DNA from: Candidatus Saccharimonadota bacterium
Lineage (GTDB): Bacteria; Patescibacteriota; Saccharimonadia; Saccharimonadales; UBA4665
DNA length: 32,000 nucleotides
NCBI GenBank assembly: GCA_963718045.1
Contig: OY970350.1
Coordinates: 300,001 to 332,000, forward strand
Direction: 5' to 3'
Positions 9,673 through 17,952 of the stretch are shown here, piece by piece. A program made the position numbers and the translations under genes. The notes under the pieces were generated by a model. That model ran no database searches and was not told the DNA's origin. It worked only from the letters and a program-made list of their open reading frames with translations. The stretch's first letter is position 1; every line of letters begins with the position of its first letter.

Positions 9673-10344
9673 CTATTTCTTGACCAGCTTACCGTCATTA
9701 AGCGTGAAGGTTACATCCGTCTTGCCGGCAATAGCGAGATCATGGGTAACAACAATAATGGTTGTGTTCTCTTTCTTGGCTAGCTGATGAAGCAAATCAA
9801 AGATCATCTTGCCTGTTTGGGAATCTAGATTACCAGTCGGCTCGTCAGCCAGGATTAGTTTTGGCTTGTTGGCCAGGGCTCTGGCTATAGCTACTCTCTG
9901 CTGCTGGCCGCCGCTTAAACGGCTGGGCTTTCTTTCCATTTGTTCGGGACTTAAGAATACTTCTTCCAGTACAGCTTTGGCTCTTTTTAGCCTTTCATCT
10001 TTACTAACACCGGCAAATTCCATTGGCAAACAGACATTTTCAATAGCCGTTAGGTTTGGTACAAGGTTATAGTTTTGGAAAACAAAGCCAATTTTCTGAC
10101 CGCGGTAGTGAATCAGTGAGTGATCGGTCATATTTGTTATATCCTGGTTGTCAACAACTATGGAGCCGGCAGTCGGTTTGTCCAGGCCGCCAAGAAGGCA
10201 CAGAAGCGTAGTCTTGCCGCTGCCGCTTCGGCCAATGACACTGGCGAACATGCCGTCAGATATTTCAAGGCTGACATTATCTACGGCATTAACTTCACCG
10301 GCGCTTGTTCTAAATATTTTGCTAATTTTATCTACTTTAAGCAT
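9673..10344 (-). CDS. ABC transporter ATP-binding protein (MacB/LolD/FtsE-like)
   Basis: Walker [10 protein letters not shown], signature [15 protein letters not shown], Walker [14 protein letters not shown]-loop VTHD. Confidence 0.9.
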   Translation of the reverse strand: MLKVDKISKIFRTSAGEVNAVDNVSLEISDGMFASVIGRSGSGKTTLLCLLGGLDKPTAGSIVVDNQDITNMTDHSLIHYRGQKIGFVFQNYNLVPNLTAIENVCLPMEFAGVSKDERLKRAKAVLEEVFLSPEQMERKPSRLSGGQQQRVAIARALANKPKLILADEPTGNLDSQTGKMIFDLLHQLAKKENTTIIVVTHDLAIAGKTDVTFTLNDGKLVKK

Positions 10345-10352
10345 GTATTCTC

Positions 10353-11813
10353 CTATTCAACCCTCATGACTTCAGCTGGGCGGATCTTAGAAATAAGCAG
10401 TGACGAAGCTGTGCTGCCGATGATGGCAATAACTAAGGCCGCACCGACACCGTATAGAACTATTGACCAGCCGACTACTGTCTGAACATTACCCAGGCTG
10501 TTTCTGATGCCTCCAAAAGCGCCTCTGTTAACATCTCTTACTGTGAAGTTGCCGCTGCCTCTTGATATGCCGCCAAAACCTCCACCGCCTGAGAATCCGC
10601 CGGTACGCGTTACTGGGCCTCCCGGAGTAACTTGAGTAGATGTGCTTGTTTCATTAGTTACCAGAAGATGGGTAATTGGGCTAGAGGCTGCGACGCCAAT
10701 AATAATGCCGATAATTGAGCCGGCTATAGTCAAGGTAATAGCTTCACTCATGAACTGAAGGACTACTTTAATATTAGATGCGCCGATAGCTTTTAGGACG
10801 CCAATCTCTCTTCTTCTTTCCCTGACAATCATGATCATGATGAGGAAGATAATAACTATGGCGGCAATTAAAGCACCAATCAGGCTATATAGAGTAATGG
10901 TCTTAATGTTATTAAGCGGTGAAACGGTAGCTTGAGCTTCCTCTAGTGAGCTGGTGACTGTAGCTGAAGAACCTAGAGAGCTTTTAATATTGTTAGTGGC
11001 CGAGGTTAAGTTGGTCAGTGAATCAATAGTAGCTACGGCGCTAGTAACATCACCGCTTTGACCGCTCAAACTTTGCTCTAGCGGCAAGGAAACAATTATG
11101 TCGTCAGCTGCGATGTTGGTAGATGAGCCATTAAATATGGCTGAAACAGTTAAGTTTTGGCTGTAGGCGGTGAAGGTTGAGCCGACTTTTAAGTTGTTCT
11201 TGCTGGCCATAGATGTGCTAACCATGGCGTCGTCTGCAGTTGACGACCCGCTAATAGCCTTGCCGCTTGATATGGTCAGACTAGTGCCGTTTATAGATAA
11301 TGGATCGTTTGTGCCAATAATAGTTATTGGTGGGCTGAAGTTGGTTGGCAAAGTAAAGCCGCTGCTGCTGCCACCACTGACAAACAGGCTGGGACCGCTG
11401 CCGTTAGATTGGTTAACTTTAATGGTAACTGGCGAGGTTAAGCTGGTTTGGTTAGTACTGCTGCTTGAACTGCTGCCTGTACTGCCAAATGGTGAAGATG
11501 CCGAGCCGATGGTTGTCAATCGGTCTGTCAGAGTTTCATTAAGCGCAGTTACATGGGGCAAAGCGGCTACTTTAGCCAGTTCAGAAGTTGTCAGAGCATT
11601 ATTAACTGATGAAAAGCTGCTGAAGCCGGCTGGGGTAATATTAATCGTGTTGCCGACTGAACTGTTAACAGAGTTTATTTTATTTGATACTGCCTGGCGG
11701 GCTATAACCATTACCAGGCTTAAGCCAATAGCCAGGCCTAAAATAACAATAATTGAGGCGCTTCTTGTTATATTTCTGAAGGCATTACGGATACCCCGGC
11801 TAACTACGTTCAT
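10353..11813 (-). CDS. ABC transporter permease, FtsX/MacB type, with an S/T-rich ectodomain and a Gly-rich external loop
   Basis: N-terminal TM helix, a roughly 290-aa Ser/Thr-rich extracytoplasmic region, the FtsX signature RRREIGVLKAIGAS, and three C-terminal TM helices. A loop reading GGFSGGGGFGGISRGSG sits before the last TM helix. The gene lies immediately upstream of its ATPase. Confidence 0.85.
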   Translation of the reverse strand: MNVVSRGIRNAFRNITRSASIIVILGLAIGLSLVMVIARQAVSNKINSVNSSVGNTINITPAGFSSFSSVNNALTTSELAKVAALPHVTALNETLTDRLTTIGSASSPFGSTGSSSSSSTNQTSLTSPVTIKVNQSNGSGPSLFVSGGSSSGFTLPTNFSPPITIIGTNDPLSINGTSLTISSGKAISGSSTADDAMVSTSMASKNNLKVGSTFTAYSQNLTVSAIFNGSSTNIAADDIIVSLPLEQSLSGQSGDVTSAVATIDSLTNLTSATNNIKSSLGSSATVTSSLEEAQATVSPLNNIKTITLYSLIGALIAAIVIIFLIMIMIVRERRREIGVLKAIGASNIKVVLQFMSEAITLTIAGSIIGIIIGVAASSPITHLLVTNETSTSTQVTPGGPVTRTGGFSGGGGFGGISRGSGNFTVRDVNRGAFGGIRNSLGNVQTVVGWSIVLYGVGAALVIAIIGSTASSLLISKIRPAEVMRVE

Positions 11814-11982
11814 TTTTTATAATTCCTTTTTCAGCTACTAATCCAGATTTAAGTGCCTCTTGCTTAAATTAAGCTGTGACATTCTTACTAATACTACCAG
11901 CCTATCTTATACTTTAGTATTGTTAAAATATGTCAGGAACTGATACGGGAAGCGATTTCCAAGCGTCTTATCTACCTAATGC

Positions 11983-12354
11983 CTAAGGTTCAGCCAGAGC
12001 TTCGCTAACTAGTTTGTTTAGATTCTGGGGCACAGCCCAAGACTTAATAACGCAGTTTTGAACACCTAATACGTTGGCTTCTCTAATTTCGGGAGCGTCT
12101 TCCAGGTTAGTAAAGATAACTACCTTAGCCTTATTTTTAGGGTCTTTTTTAAATACTCTTAAAAACTCCAGGCCGCCCATGACGGGCATAAGAAGATCAA
12201 GCAGGATTATATCGGGCGCAAATTGCTTACTTTTCTTTAAAGCCTCCTGGCCGTTAAAGGCTGATTCAACCTGGTAATCAAAGTGATTAAGTATTAAGCG
12301 GTAGGCCCTGTTAAGATCTTTATCGTCTTCAACAATTAATACTTTTGATTTCAT
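11983..12354 (-). CDS. Single-domain (CheY-like) response regulator receiver
   Basis: KVLIVEDD, the phosphoacceptor context IILLDLLMPVMGG, and a conserved T/K region. 123 aa with no output domain. AAGGAGAG Shine-Dalgarno upstream. Confidence 0.85.
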   Translation of the reverse strand: MKSKVLIVEDDKDLNRAYRLILNHFDYQVESAFNGQEALKKSKQFAPDIILLDLLMPVMGGLEFLRVFKKDPKNKAKVVIFTNLEDAPEIREANVLGVQNCVIKSWAVPQNLNKLVSEALAEP

Positions 12355-12419
12355 AAATCTCTCCTTGAATGGGTCAGATTATATGCTGCCTATATAAGGC
12401 AAGAATATAATAATTATTA

Positions 12420-13520
12420 CTAAATTGGTTTAAATTTACGGGGTAAACTAAACCTAAAGGTTGATCCCTTATCTTCTTGAGAAGTAAAGGAAATATGTCC
12501 GCCTAGTTCATCAACCAGACCTTTTACTAGGTAAAGTCCCAGACCGGTACCATTAGTTTCTATCCGCGTGACATTAGTTGCTCTAAAAAACTTAGAAAAT
12601 ATCTGTTTTTTAGCTTCAGCTGGTATACCTAGCCCATTATCTTTGATGGTTACCGTTACCTTGTCTTTTAGCGCTGTAACAGTTATGGTGACTATGCCGT
12701 CTTGTTTGGAGTATTTAATAGCGTTTGATACAAGGTTAGACATTACTTCTTGAATAAGCGGACCGTCAGATCGTATCTTGGTAGATTCTTTGCATTTTAC
12801 AACCAGCTTTAATTTTATTGATTTATATTTGGTAAATATCTCCATTTCATCTAGGATTTCCTGGATAATCTGGATCATATCGACTGGTTTCTTTTCGATC
12901 ACAATAGTGCCGCTTTCTAATCTAGTGATATGAAGCAGCGTGCCAATTAGTTCATTCATTCGGTTTGTAGCAGCCACGATAGTTTCCAGAGCCGGTTTCT
13001 TTTGTTCATCAATCTCACCCATATAGCCATCAAGCAGCATATGTGAATATGTTTTAATTGATGAAAGAGGTGTTCTGAGCTGGTGTGAAGCGAGCGCAAT
13101 AAACTCACTTTTCATTTTATCGACGGCTTCTTCCATCGATATGTCCCTGAATACTAGAATAAGGCCAATTGGTTTGTCGTTATTAATGATCGGTGCAGCA
13201 CTGACAAATAGCGGGATAGTTTTTTTGTCTCTGGTTTCGTAGTAGACGTAATCATAAGCCGGACGGCCAGATAAAATAGCTCGAACCATTGGCCGGTTAA
13301 TCTTATCAATAGATTTTTTGTCGACATTTAAAATTTTAGCTTTAGACATAAACCTTTGCCCCATTAGTTCTTTTTCTTTATATCCAAGGAGATTAAGGGC
13401 TAATTTGTTGGCTCTAATAACAAGACCATGCTGGTCGATAATAACAGCGCTCTCACCCATTGATTCAATAACTGTCTCTAGCTCATCTTTAGTTAAGTTC
13501 GGTTTTGTAAAATTAACCAT
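12420..13520 (-). CDS. Cytoplasmic PAS-domain sensor histidine kinase
   Basis: PAS-like N-terminus (SAVIIDQHGLVIRANKLALNLLGYKEKELMGQRF), H-box ASHQLRTPL, N-box LVSNAIKYS, G-boxes DNGLGIP and GTGLGL. No TM segments. Confidence 0.85.
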   Translation of the reverse strand: MVNFTKPNLTKDELETVIESMGESAVIIDQHGLVIRANKLALNLLGYKEKELMGQRFMSKAKILNVDKKSIDKINRPMVRAILSGRPAYDYVYYETRDKKTIPLFVSAAPIINNDKPIGLILVFRDISMEEAVDKMKSEFIALASHQLRTPLSSIKTYSHMLLDGYMGEIDEQKKPALETIVAATNRMNELIGTLLHITRLESGTIVIEKKPVDMIQIIQEILDEMEIFTKYKSIKLKLVVKCKESTKIRSDGPLIQEVMSNLVSNAIKYSKQDGIVTITVTALKDKVTVTIKDNGLGIPAEAKKQIFSKFFRATNVTRIETNGTGLGLYLVKGLVDELGGHISFTSQEDKGSTFRFSLPRKFKPI

Positions 13521-13803
13521 TTGCCCCTGCCAACTTATTTACACTAGTAAGGTAATTCCTGGCTGTTTTTTGGTTATCGCTTAAGAGGTAGACGGTTATC
13601 TCTAGCCAATCAATTATCTTATTAAGTTCAACCTTGGATAAATCTTCGGGCTTTATTCCTAGCTGGCGGTCTATTATATCATCAACAAAAATGTGTGAAT
13701 TAAAGTAGTGGTCTGTCAGTTCCTGCAGCTGGCGGTAAATACTTTTGGCCAAATTAGACCTACTTTCAGGGTTGTTATATCTAACAACACTTATATTATA
13801 CAT
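13513..13803 (-). CDS. Hypothetical 96-aa protein whose end overlaps the PAS kinase start by 8 nt
   Basis: Open frame packed tightly between two co-directional genes. I recognise no motif. Coding status is inferred from operon packing only. Confidence 0.5.
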   Translation of the reverse strand: MYNISVVRYNNPESRSNLAKSIYRQLQELTDHYFNSHIFVDDIIDRQLGIKPEDLSKVELNKIIDWLEITVYLLSDNQKTARNYLTSVNKLAGANG

Positions 13804-13808
13804 AGTTT

Positions 13809-14408
13809 TTAAAGTGATTCTAAAAGGAGGCCTCTTTTTATGGCTTCTTCGCCCACCTTGATCATAGCATTATGTAATATGGCGTTGACTTCATTTACTG
13901 TCATATTATGGCTCCGGGCTATTTGTTCTGGCGATAGTTCATCCTTATAGCTTAATTCCAACAGACTGCGCTGTTCGGGAGTTAATACAGCTGCTAATAT
14001 TCCATTGATACATATGCTTGTGTCACATTGTTCCTGGCTTGGAGGTAATACGAACAGACCAACTAGTGCATCTGGGTTATCTTCAATTAATCCCTCTAAA
14101 GCATCTTGGTCGAATGGAGTCTCAGCACCTGAAGGCCCTATGTCTTGGCTATCGGCATAGAATGCGGCAGCCAGTCGCTTAGCTTCTATAGGGTCGGATA
14201 TTGGTTCTGCGTCAGGGTATCCTAAATATTTAGATAATTGTTCTACGTCAGCAATCGGAGTGTAGATATAAGGGGCAAGCTGTGGTCCGGCACTAAACAA
14301 GCTAATAACATCGGCAGCTACAGGATATTCTTGGCCTATAACTGGCTGGCCGCCAATTGGAAATTGGTAGAGGTTTTTATTAAACTCCGTCATTACAATA
14401 TTAAACAT
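13809..14408 (-). CDS. Protein with an acidic N-terminal region and a C-terminal sigma-70 region-4-like HTH
   Basis: C-terminus LTPEQRSLLELSYKDELSPEQIARSHNMTVNEVNAILHNAMIKV matches the ECF sigma region 4.2 pattern. I see no sigma region 2 in the N-terminal roughly 130 aa. The start is uncertain: ATG at 14408 or at 14393. Confidence 0.55.
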   Translation of the reverse strand: MFNIVMTEFNKNLYQFPIGGQPVIGQEYPVAADVISLFSAGPQLAPYIYTPIADVEQLSKYLGYPDAEPISDPIEAKRLAAAFYADSQDIGPSGAETPFDQDALEGLIEDNPDALVGLFVLPPSQEQCDTSICINGILAAVLTPEQRSLLELSYKDELSPEQIARSHNMTVNEVNAILHNAMIKVGEEAIKRGLLLESL

Positions 14409-14482
14409 TATTATAGAGTAAAAAGCAAGCAGTTTAAGATAGATGCTTGTGGTTAAGCAGTATTAAATAGATAATATTTATT

Positions 14483-15430
14483 ATGCTTCCCAGGACCAAA
14501 CCACGTGTTAGCTGGTTTAAGATTGCTTATTTAATACTAGCGGCCGTCGCTATGTATCTGCTTGTAAGCCAGCTATCTGATCTTAGGGGCGGCTTAAAGG
14601 ATGTTGCCTCAAGCCATTCTAAAGATGACGCCGTAGTACTGGTCTTCGTTGCCGGCACATATTTTATAGCTGCCTTAACCTATTTCTTCTTATCTCTAAA
14701 GCCAATTAAATACTTTGTAACAGTAGCCATCCAGCTTGCTATCAGCACTTTGAATAAGCTGCTGCCGGCTGGTATCGGCGGTATGAGCGCTAACTATATT
14801 TATTTAACCAATAACCATCACACCAAGCCTCAGGCAGCAGTAGTGGTTGCCGCTAACACTATTACCGGCGTGGTAGCTAATTTACTGATGATTGCTATTT
14901 TAGTGATGTTTGTACCTGTTAAGTCATTTAAGTTTAAGTCGGCTAGTCCAAAGCTTGCTATTATTGCCTGTTTAATTGTCGGTTTGGTGGCAGTAATTGC
15001 CCTTGTCTATCCAAAACTCCGCCGCTATTTACTCCATAATATAAGGTTAATCTTTAGGAGTTTAGCTGAGTATAGGTCTCATCTATCTAAGCTCGGCTAC
15101 GCTATTCTTAGCCAGATGACATTGACCCTATTTTATGTTTTAGCTTTAGATTATAGTCTGAAGGCAATTGGCGGCTCCTTGCCTCTTAGCTCAGTCATGC
15201 TGGTCTATAGTTTTGGCGTTTGGATAGGAGCGGCTATACCGGCGCCCGGTGGTGTTGGGTCGGTTGAAGCCGGCTTGGCAGGCGGGCTGATAGCTTTTAA
15301 AACTAGTTTGGCCCATGCTGTAGCGGCTGTTTTAGTCTTCCGTTTAATTAGTCTTTGGCTGCCGCTGTTTATTGGTTTTATACCCCTGGTATGGTCGTAC
15401 AGACGGGGTTATTTAGCTACAAATAAATAA
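14483..15430 (+). CDS. Polytopic membrane protein, flippase-like / lysyl-PG-synthase TM-region family (UPF0104-like)
   Basis: About 8 TM helices, with LLPAGIGG and PAPGGVGSVEAGL motifs that I associate with the LPG_synthase_TM family. Confidence 0.6.
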   Translation: MLPRTKPRVSWFKIAYLILAAVAMYLLVSQLSDLRGGLKDVASSHSKDDAVVLVFVAGTYFIAALTYFFLSLKPIKYFVTVAIQLAISTLNKLLPAGIGGMSANYIYLTNNHHTKPQAAVVVAANTITGVVANLLMIAILVMFVPVKSFKFKSASPKLAIIACLIVGLVAVIALVYPKLRRYLLHNIRLIFRSLAEYRSHLSKLGYAILSQMTLTLFYVLALDYSLKAIGGSLPLSSVMLVYSFGVWIGAAIPAPGGVGSVEAGLAGGLIAFKTSLAHAVAAVLVFRLISLWLPLFIGFIPLVWSYRRGYLATNK

Positions 15431-15450
15431 ACTAAAAAAGATTTTATTTA

Positions 15451-15480
15451 ATGACACAGCTCGTCTTTGGATGATATAAT
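15451..15480 (+). promoter_or_regulatory. Candidate extended -10 promoter upstream of the 88-aa ORF / Y-family polymerase operon
   Basis: ATGACA (15451-15456), an 18-nt spacer, then TGaTATAAT (TG at 15472-15473, TATAAT at 15475-15480). This would give a roughly 280-nt leader before the ATG at 15766. Confidence 0.4.
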
Positions 15481-15765
15481 ACTTATGGCAATGCGTGAGC
15501 TAATCCATTTGTTTTCGGGATTTTCTTTCTCGCAGGCTATATAAAGTTTGCTGGATATTTCTGGCAAATCCTCTCAAACAAACCACCTCATTTACCAAAG
15601 CCCAAAAAAAACTGGGTTTTGACCCTTCTTCAAGGAGTTTTTACTCCTCGAATTATATAAAAGTTAGCCCCTATATCTAAATTAAAAAGGGTTAGCTGTC
15701 TTTTACTTGAGCTAAGTAAATTAGCCCTTGTTAGTTATTAATTTGAACCTGAAGGAGGATCTTAC

Positions 15766-16032
15766 ATGCGCGAGGTTATTGATGAAGAAGTCAGTGTAGT
15801 TATGTATTATTCAGCCAAAAAGAAAATGGCTGTGCCCCATATTATGAGCTGGCGGGGCGTGGAATATGACATTGGTGAAATCGGCTATCACCACAAGATT
15901 ACCAGCGGTAAATGTCTGCATCATATCTTTGAGTTTATAGATAAGACCGGCAGCTACTGGTTTCGGCTCAATATGGATACGGACAGTCTTCATTGGACGC
16001 TGGAGGTGGTTAGTGATGGGCTTGCCAATTAG
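15766..16032 (+). CDS. Hypothetical 88-aa protein translationally coupled to the Y-family polymerase
   Basis: Strong Shine-Dalgarno GGAGG (15754-15758) 7 nt before the ATG. Its 3' end contains the GGAGGTG Shine-Dalgarno (16002-16008) for the polymerase and overlaps the polymerase start by about 20 nt. No motif recognised. Confidence 0.65.
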   Translation: MREVIDEEVSVVMYYSAKKKMAVPHIMSWRGVEYDIGEIGYHHKITSGKCLHHIFEFIDKTGSYWFRLNMDTDSLHWTLEVVSDGLAN

Positions 16033-17251
16033 CCGGGCTGAACCCCAAATAATGCACATCGATCTTAACAGCTGTTTTGCCATGATGGAACAGCAGGCTA
16101 ATCCCCTAATTAGGCATAAGCCGGTGGCTGTGGCTGCCTATGATACGCCTGGCGGCATAATTCTAGCCGCTTCTTACGAGGCTAAGGCTAAAGGTATTGG
16201 TTTAGGTTTAAATGTCCGCGAGGGACGCCAGATAGATCCTGGTCTCATTGTTATGATGCCCGATCCGGATAAATATTTTGATGCCCATGACAGGCTTAAA
16301 CGACTGCTTCTTAGATATACGCCCGAGGTTGTTTCTAAGTCTGTTGATGAATACGTGGTGGATTTCCGCGGTTCACCGGCTATTAGAGCCGGCCTAAGTC
16401 TAAGAGAGATTGGCCTGGCTGTTAAAAAAGACGTTAAAGAAAACCTGGGGGATTATGCAACGGTTAACATTGGTTTTGGTTCTAATAGGTTTTTAGCTAA
16501 ATTAGCCGCTGGTTTTGATAAGCCTGACGGCCTGACCATAATTAATGCCGATAATCTTACTCCAATGTACTCAAGGCTTAAATTAACTGATCTGCCCGGT
16601 ATTAATGTCCGCTACGGGGCAAGGCTTAATTTAGCCGGCATATATACTCCCCGGCAGTTTTTGGATGCTGAAATAGATACTCTGCGCCAGGAAGTCTTTA
16701 AAAGTATTGTCGGCTATTACTGGTATTTAAGGCTAAGGGGTTACGAGGTAGACACCGTTGACTTTAAGAGGAGAAGCTTTGGCCATCAGTATGCCCTAGG
16801 CCAGAAGACTAAAGATATTCTTGAAATTAAAAGGCTAATTATGAAGCTGGCCGAAAAGACCGGCCGGAGATTAAGACGCAGTCACTACTCAGCTGGCGGC
16901 ATTAGATTATCTTTAGGCATGGAAGACCACTGCTACTACTCTAAAAGTGCCAAGTGTGCTGAACTTTATTCTACTTTAGACATATATACGGCGGCCATTA
17001 AGCTCTTAGATAGAGCACCCATTACGGCCAGGGTAACTGATCTGGCTATTAGTGTTTACTCCTTAAATGTAGCTAAGGATGACCAGCTAAGCCTATTCAG
17101 CGGCACTAAGTATGATGTCTTAAGCTTAGCCCGGGCCAGCGATATGGTTAATGACCGTTACGGTGAATTCAGCCTAGTGCCAGCATTAATGGCCAATATG
17201 CAGGACGTTATTTTAAAAAGAGTAGCTTTTGGCAAGGTTAATGACGAATAG
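16013..17251 (+). CDS. Y-family (DinB/UmuC-like) translesion DNA polymerase
   Basis: HIDLNSCFAMMEQ...KPVAV...ILAASYEAKAKGI, and the catalytic SVDEY block. Little-finger-length C-terminus. Start at GTG 16013 or ATG 16016, both behind the GGAGG at 16002-16006. Confidence 0.85.
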   Translation: MMGLPISRAEPQIMHIDLNSCFAMMEQQANPLIRHKPVAVAAYDTPGGIILAASYEAKAKGIGLGLNVREGRQIDPGLIVMMPDPDKYFDAHDRLKRLLLRYTPEVVSKSVDEYVVDFRGSPAIRAGLSLREIGLAVKKDVKENLGDYATVNIGFGSNRFLAKLAAGFDKPDGLTIINADNLTPMYSRLKLTDLPGINVRYGARLNLAGIYTPRQFLDAEIDTLRQEVFKSIVGYYWYLRLRGYEVDTVDFKRRSFGHQYALGQKTKDILEIKRLIMKLAEKTGRRLRRSHYSAGGIRLSLGMEDHCYYSKSAKCAELYSTLDIYTAAIKLLDRAPITARVTDLAISVYSLNVAKDDQLSLFSGTKYDVLSLARASDMVNDRYGEFSLVPALMANMQDVILKRVAFGKVNDE

Positions 17252-17311
17252 CACTTAAAGCTTCCAACCTATATAGTTGTAATTAACTAACCTAGAAGTT
17301 CATAGTTGAAC

Positions 17312-17887
17312 TTAATTTGTCTCGGTAGGTTCTTCTTGTTTGAGTCTTTCGGCTACAAAACCGCGCAGAAAATCTATGGAGGTAGACTCTGTATTTACAC
17401 CCACAATATCCTTATAGGCTCGGGGGCCGCGTCTTCCAACTTCGTTATCGATAGTTTTCACTAGGTCAACAAGGCTGTCAAAATGCAGGTCGGCAAGTCC
17501 ACGCCTGAAAAGATGAGACGTGTCTGGTGTTACCGCTGGTACGCTACCAAAAACAAGATGTACCTTGTCATAATTCCTACCCCTATAGAGACGCCATTTA
17601 TCGGGGTTGACTGTATAATCGTATAATCTTGTAAGCAAAGCCCAAGCTTTTCCAGCTACACTTCTGTCTATTTCATGATCACCGGCAAACTCATAGAAAT
17701 CTACTTTGTTTGCCACTGAACCTTCGTATTGCTCCTGCTCATCTACGGATAATGGGTTAGGCTGCATTCCCTCAGTAGATATTTGGCTAGCCACACCAAG
17801 GGACGCAAGATGGTCAATGACAGATTGCAATTGTTCTTGGTCTAGCTTGGCTCGGATATTGTACTCATGCGATTCAGGATCAATCAT
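17312..17887 (-). CDS. Hypothetical protein (about 191 aa from the ATG at 17887; the ORF-track TTG at 17923 is less likely)
   Basis: Long open frame with no recognisable motif. The first 12 codons from the TTG (MTFCYTCVIILL) look non-native. No obvious Shine-Dalgarno. Confidence 0.5.
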   Translation of the reverse strand: MIDPESHEYNIRAKLDQEQLQSVIDHLASLGVASQISTEGMQPNPLSVDEQEQYEGSVANKVDFYEFAGDHEIDRSVAGKAWALLTRLYDYTVNPDKWRLYRGRNYDKVHLVFGSVPAVTPDTSHLFRRGLADLHFDSLVDLVKTIDNEVGRRGPRAYKDIVGVNTESTSIDFLRGFVAERLKQEEPTETN

Positions 17888-17952
17888 TAATAATATAATG
17901 ACACAAGTATAACAGAAAGTCAATTAGCCAATCACGATGGATGAGTATTGGG

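Noticed and set aside
11170-11841. A 223-aa plus-strand ORF, together with many other 60-150-aa ORFs from the track: 3055-3306, 5479-5769, 6025-6228, 6359-6664, 6691-6903, 8367-8654, 9809-10072, 10120-10485, 10148-10369, 12074-12277, 12568-12753, 13318-13584, 14238-14456, 15811-16083, 17706-17912, 19166-19372, 22393-22626, 22646-22843, 23679-24131, 24997-25239, 25026-25268, 26704-26892, 26920-27180, 27313-27522, 27512-27757, 28108-28314, 28411-28602, 28924-29166, 29789-30028, 30408-30602 and 30695-31069.
   Set aside because: Each lies antisense to, or out of frame within, a longer ORF that has clear family motifs. Their translations are low-complexity (rich in L, S and R), carry no recognisable motifs, and have no Shine-Dalgarno sequence. 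They are shadow ORFs. The 223-aa one is the antisense image of the Ser/Thr-rich permease ectodomain.
11847-11874. AT-rich inverted repeats upstream of the ABC permease gene (ATTTAAG...CTTAAAT and GCTTAAaTTAAGC), considered as a possible operator.
   Set aside because: They are short, AT-rich palindromes in an AT-rich promoter region and are expected by chance. OmpR-type regulators usually bind direct repeats. The support is too weak to call a feature.
17888-17923. The TTG start at 17923, which adds MTFCYTCVIILL to the hypothetical protein.
   Set aside because: TTG is a weak start with no Shine-Dalgarno sequence, and the extra 12 residues look like translated AT-rich promoter sequence. The ATG at 17887 is preferred, with low certainty either way.
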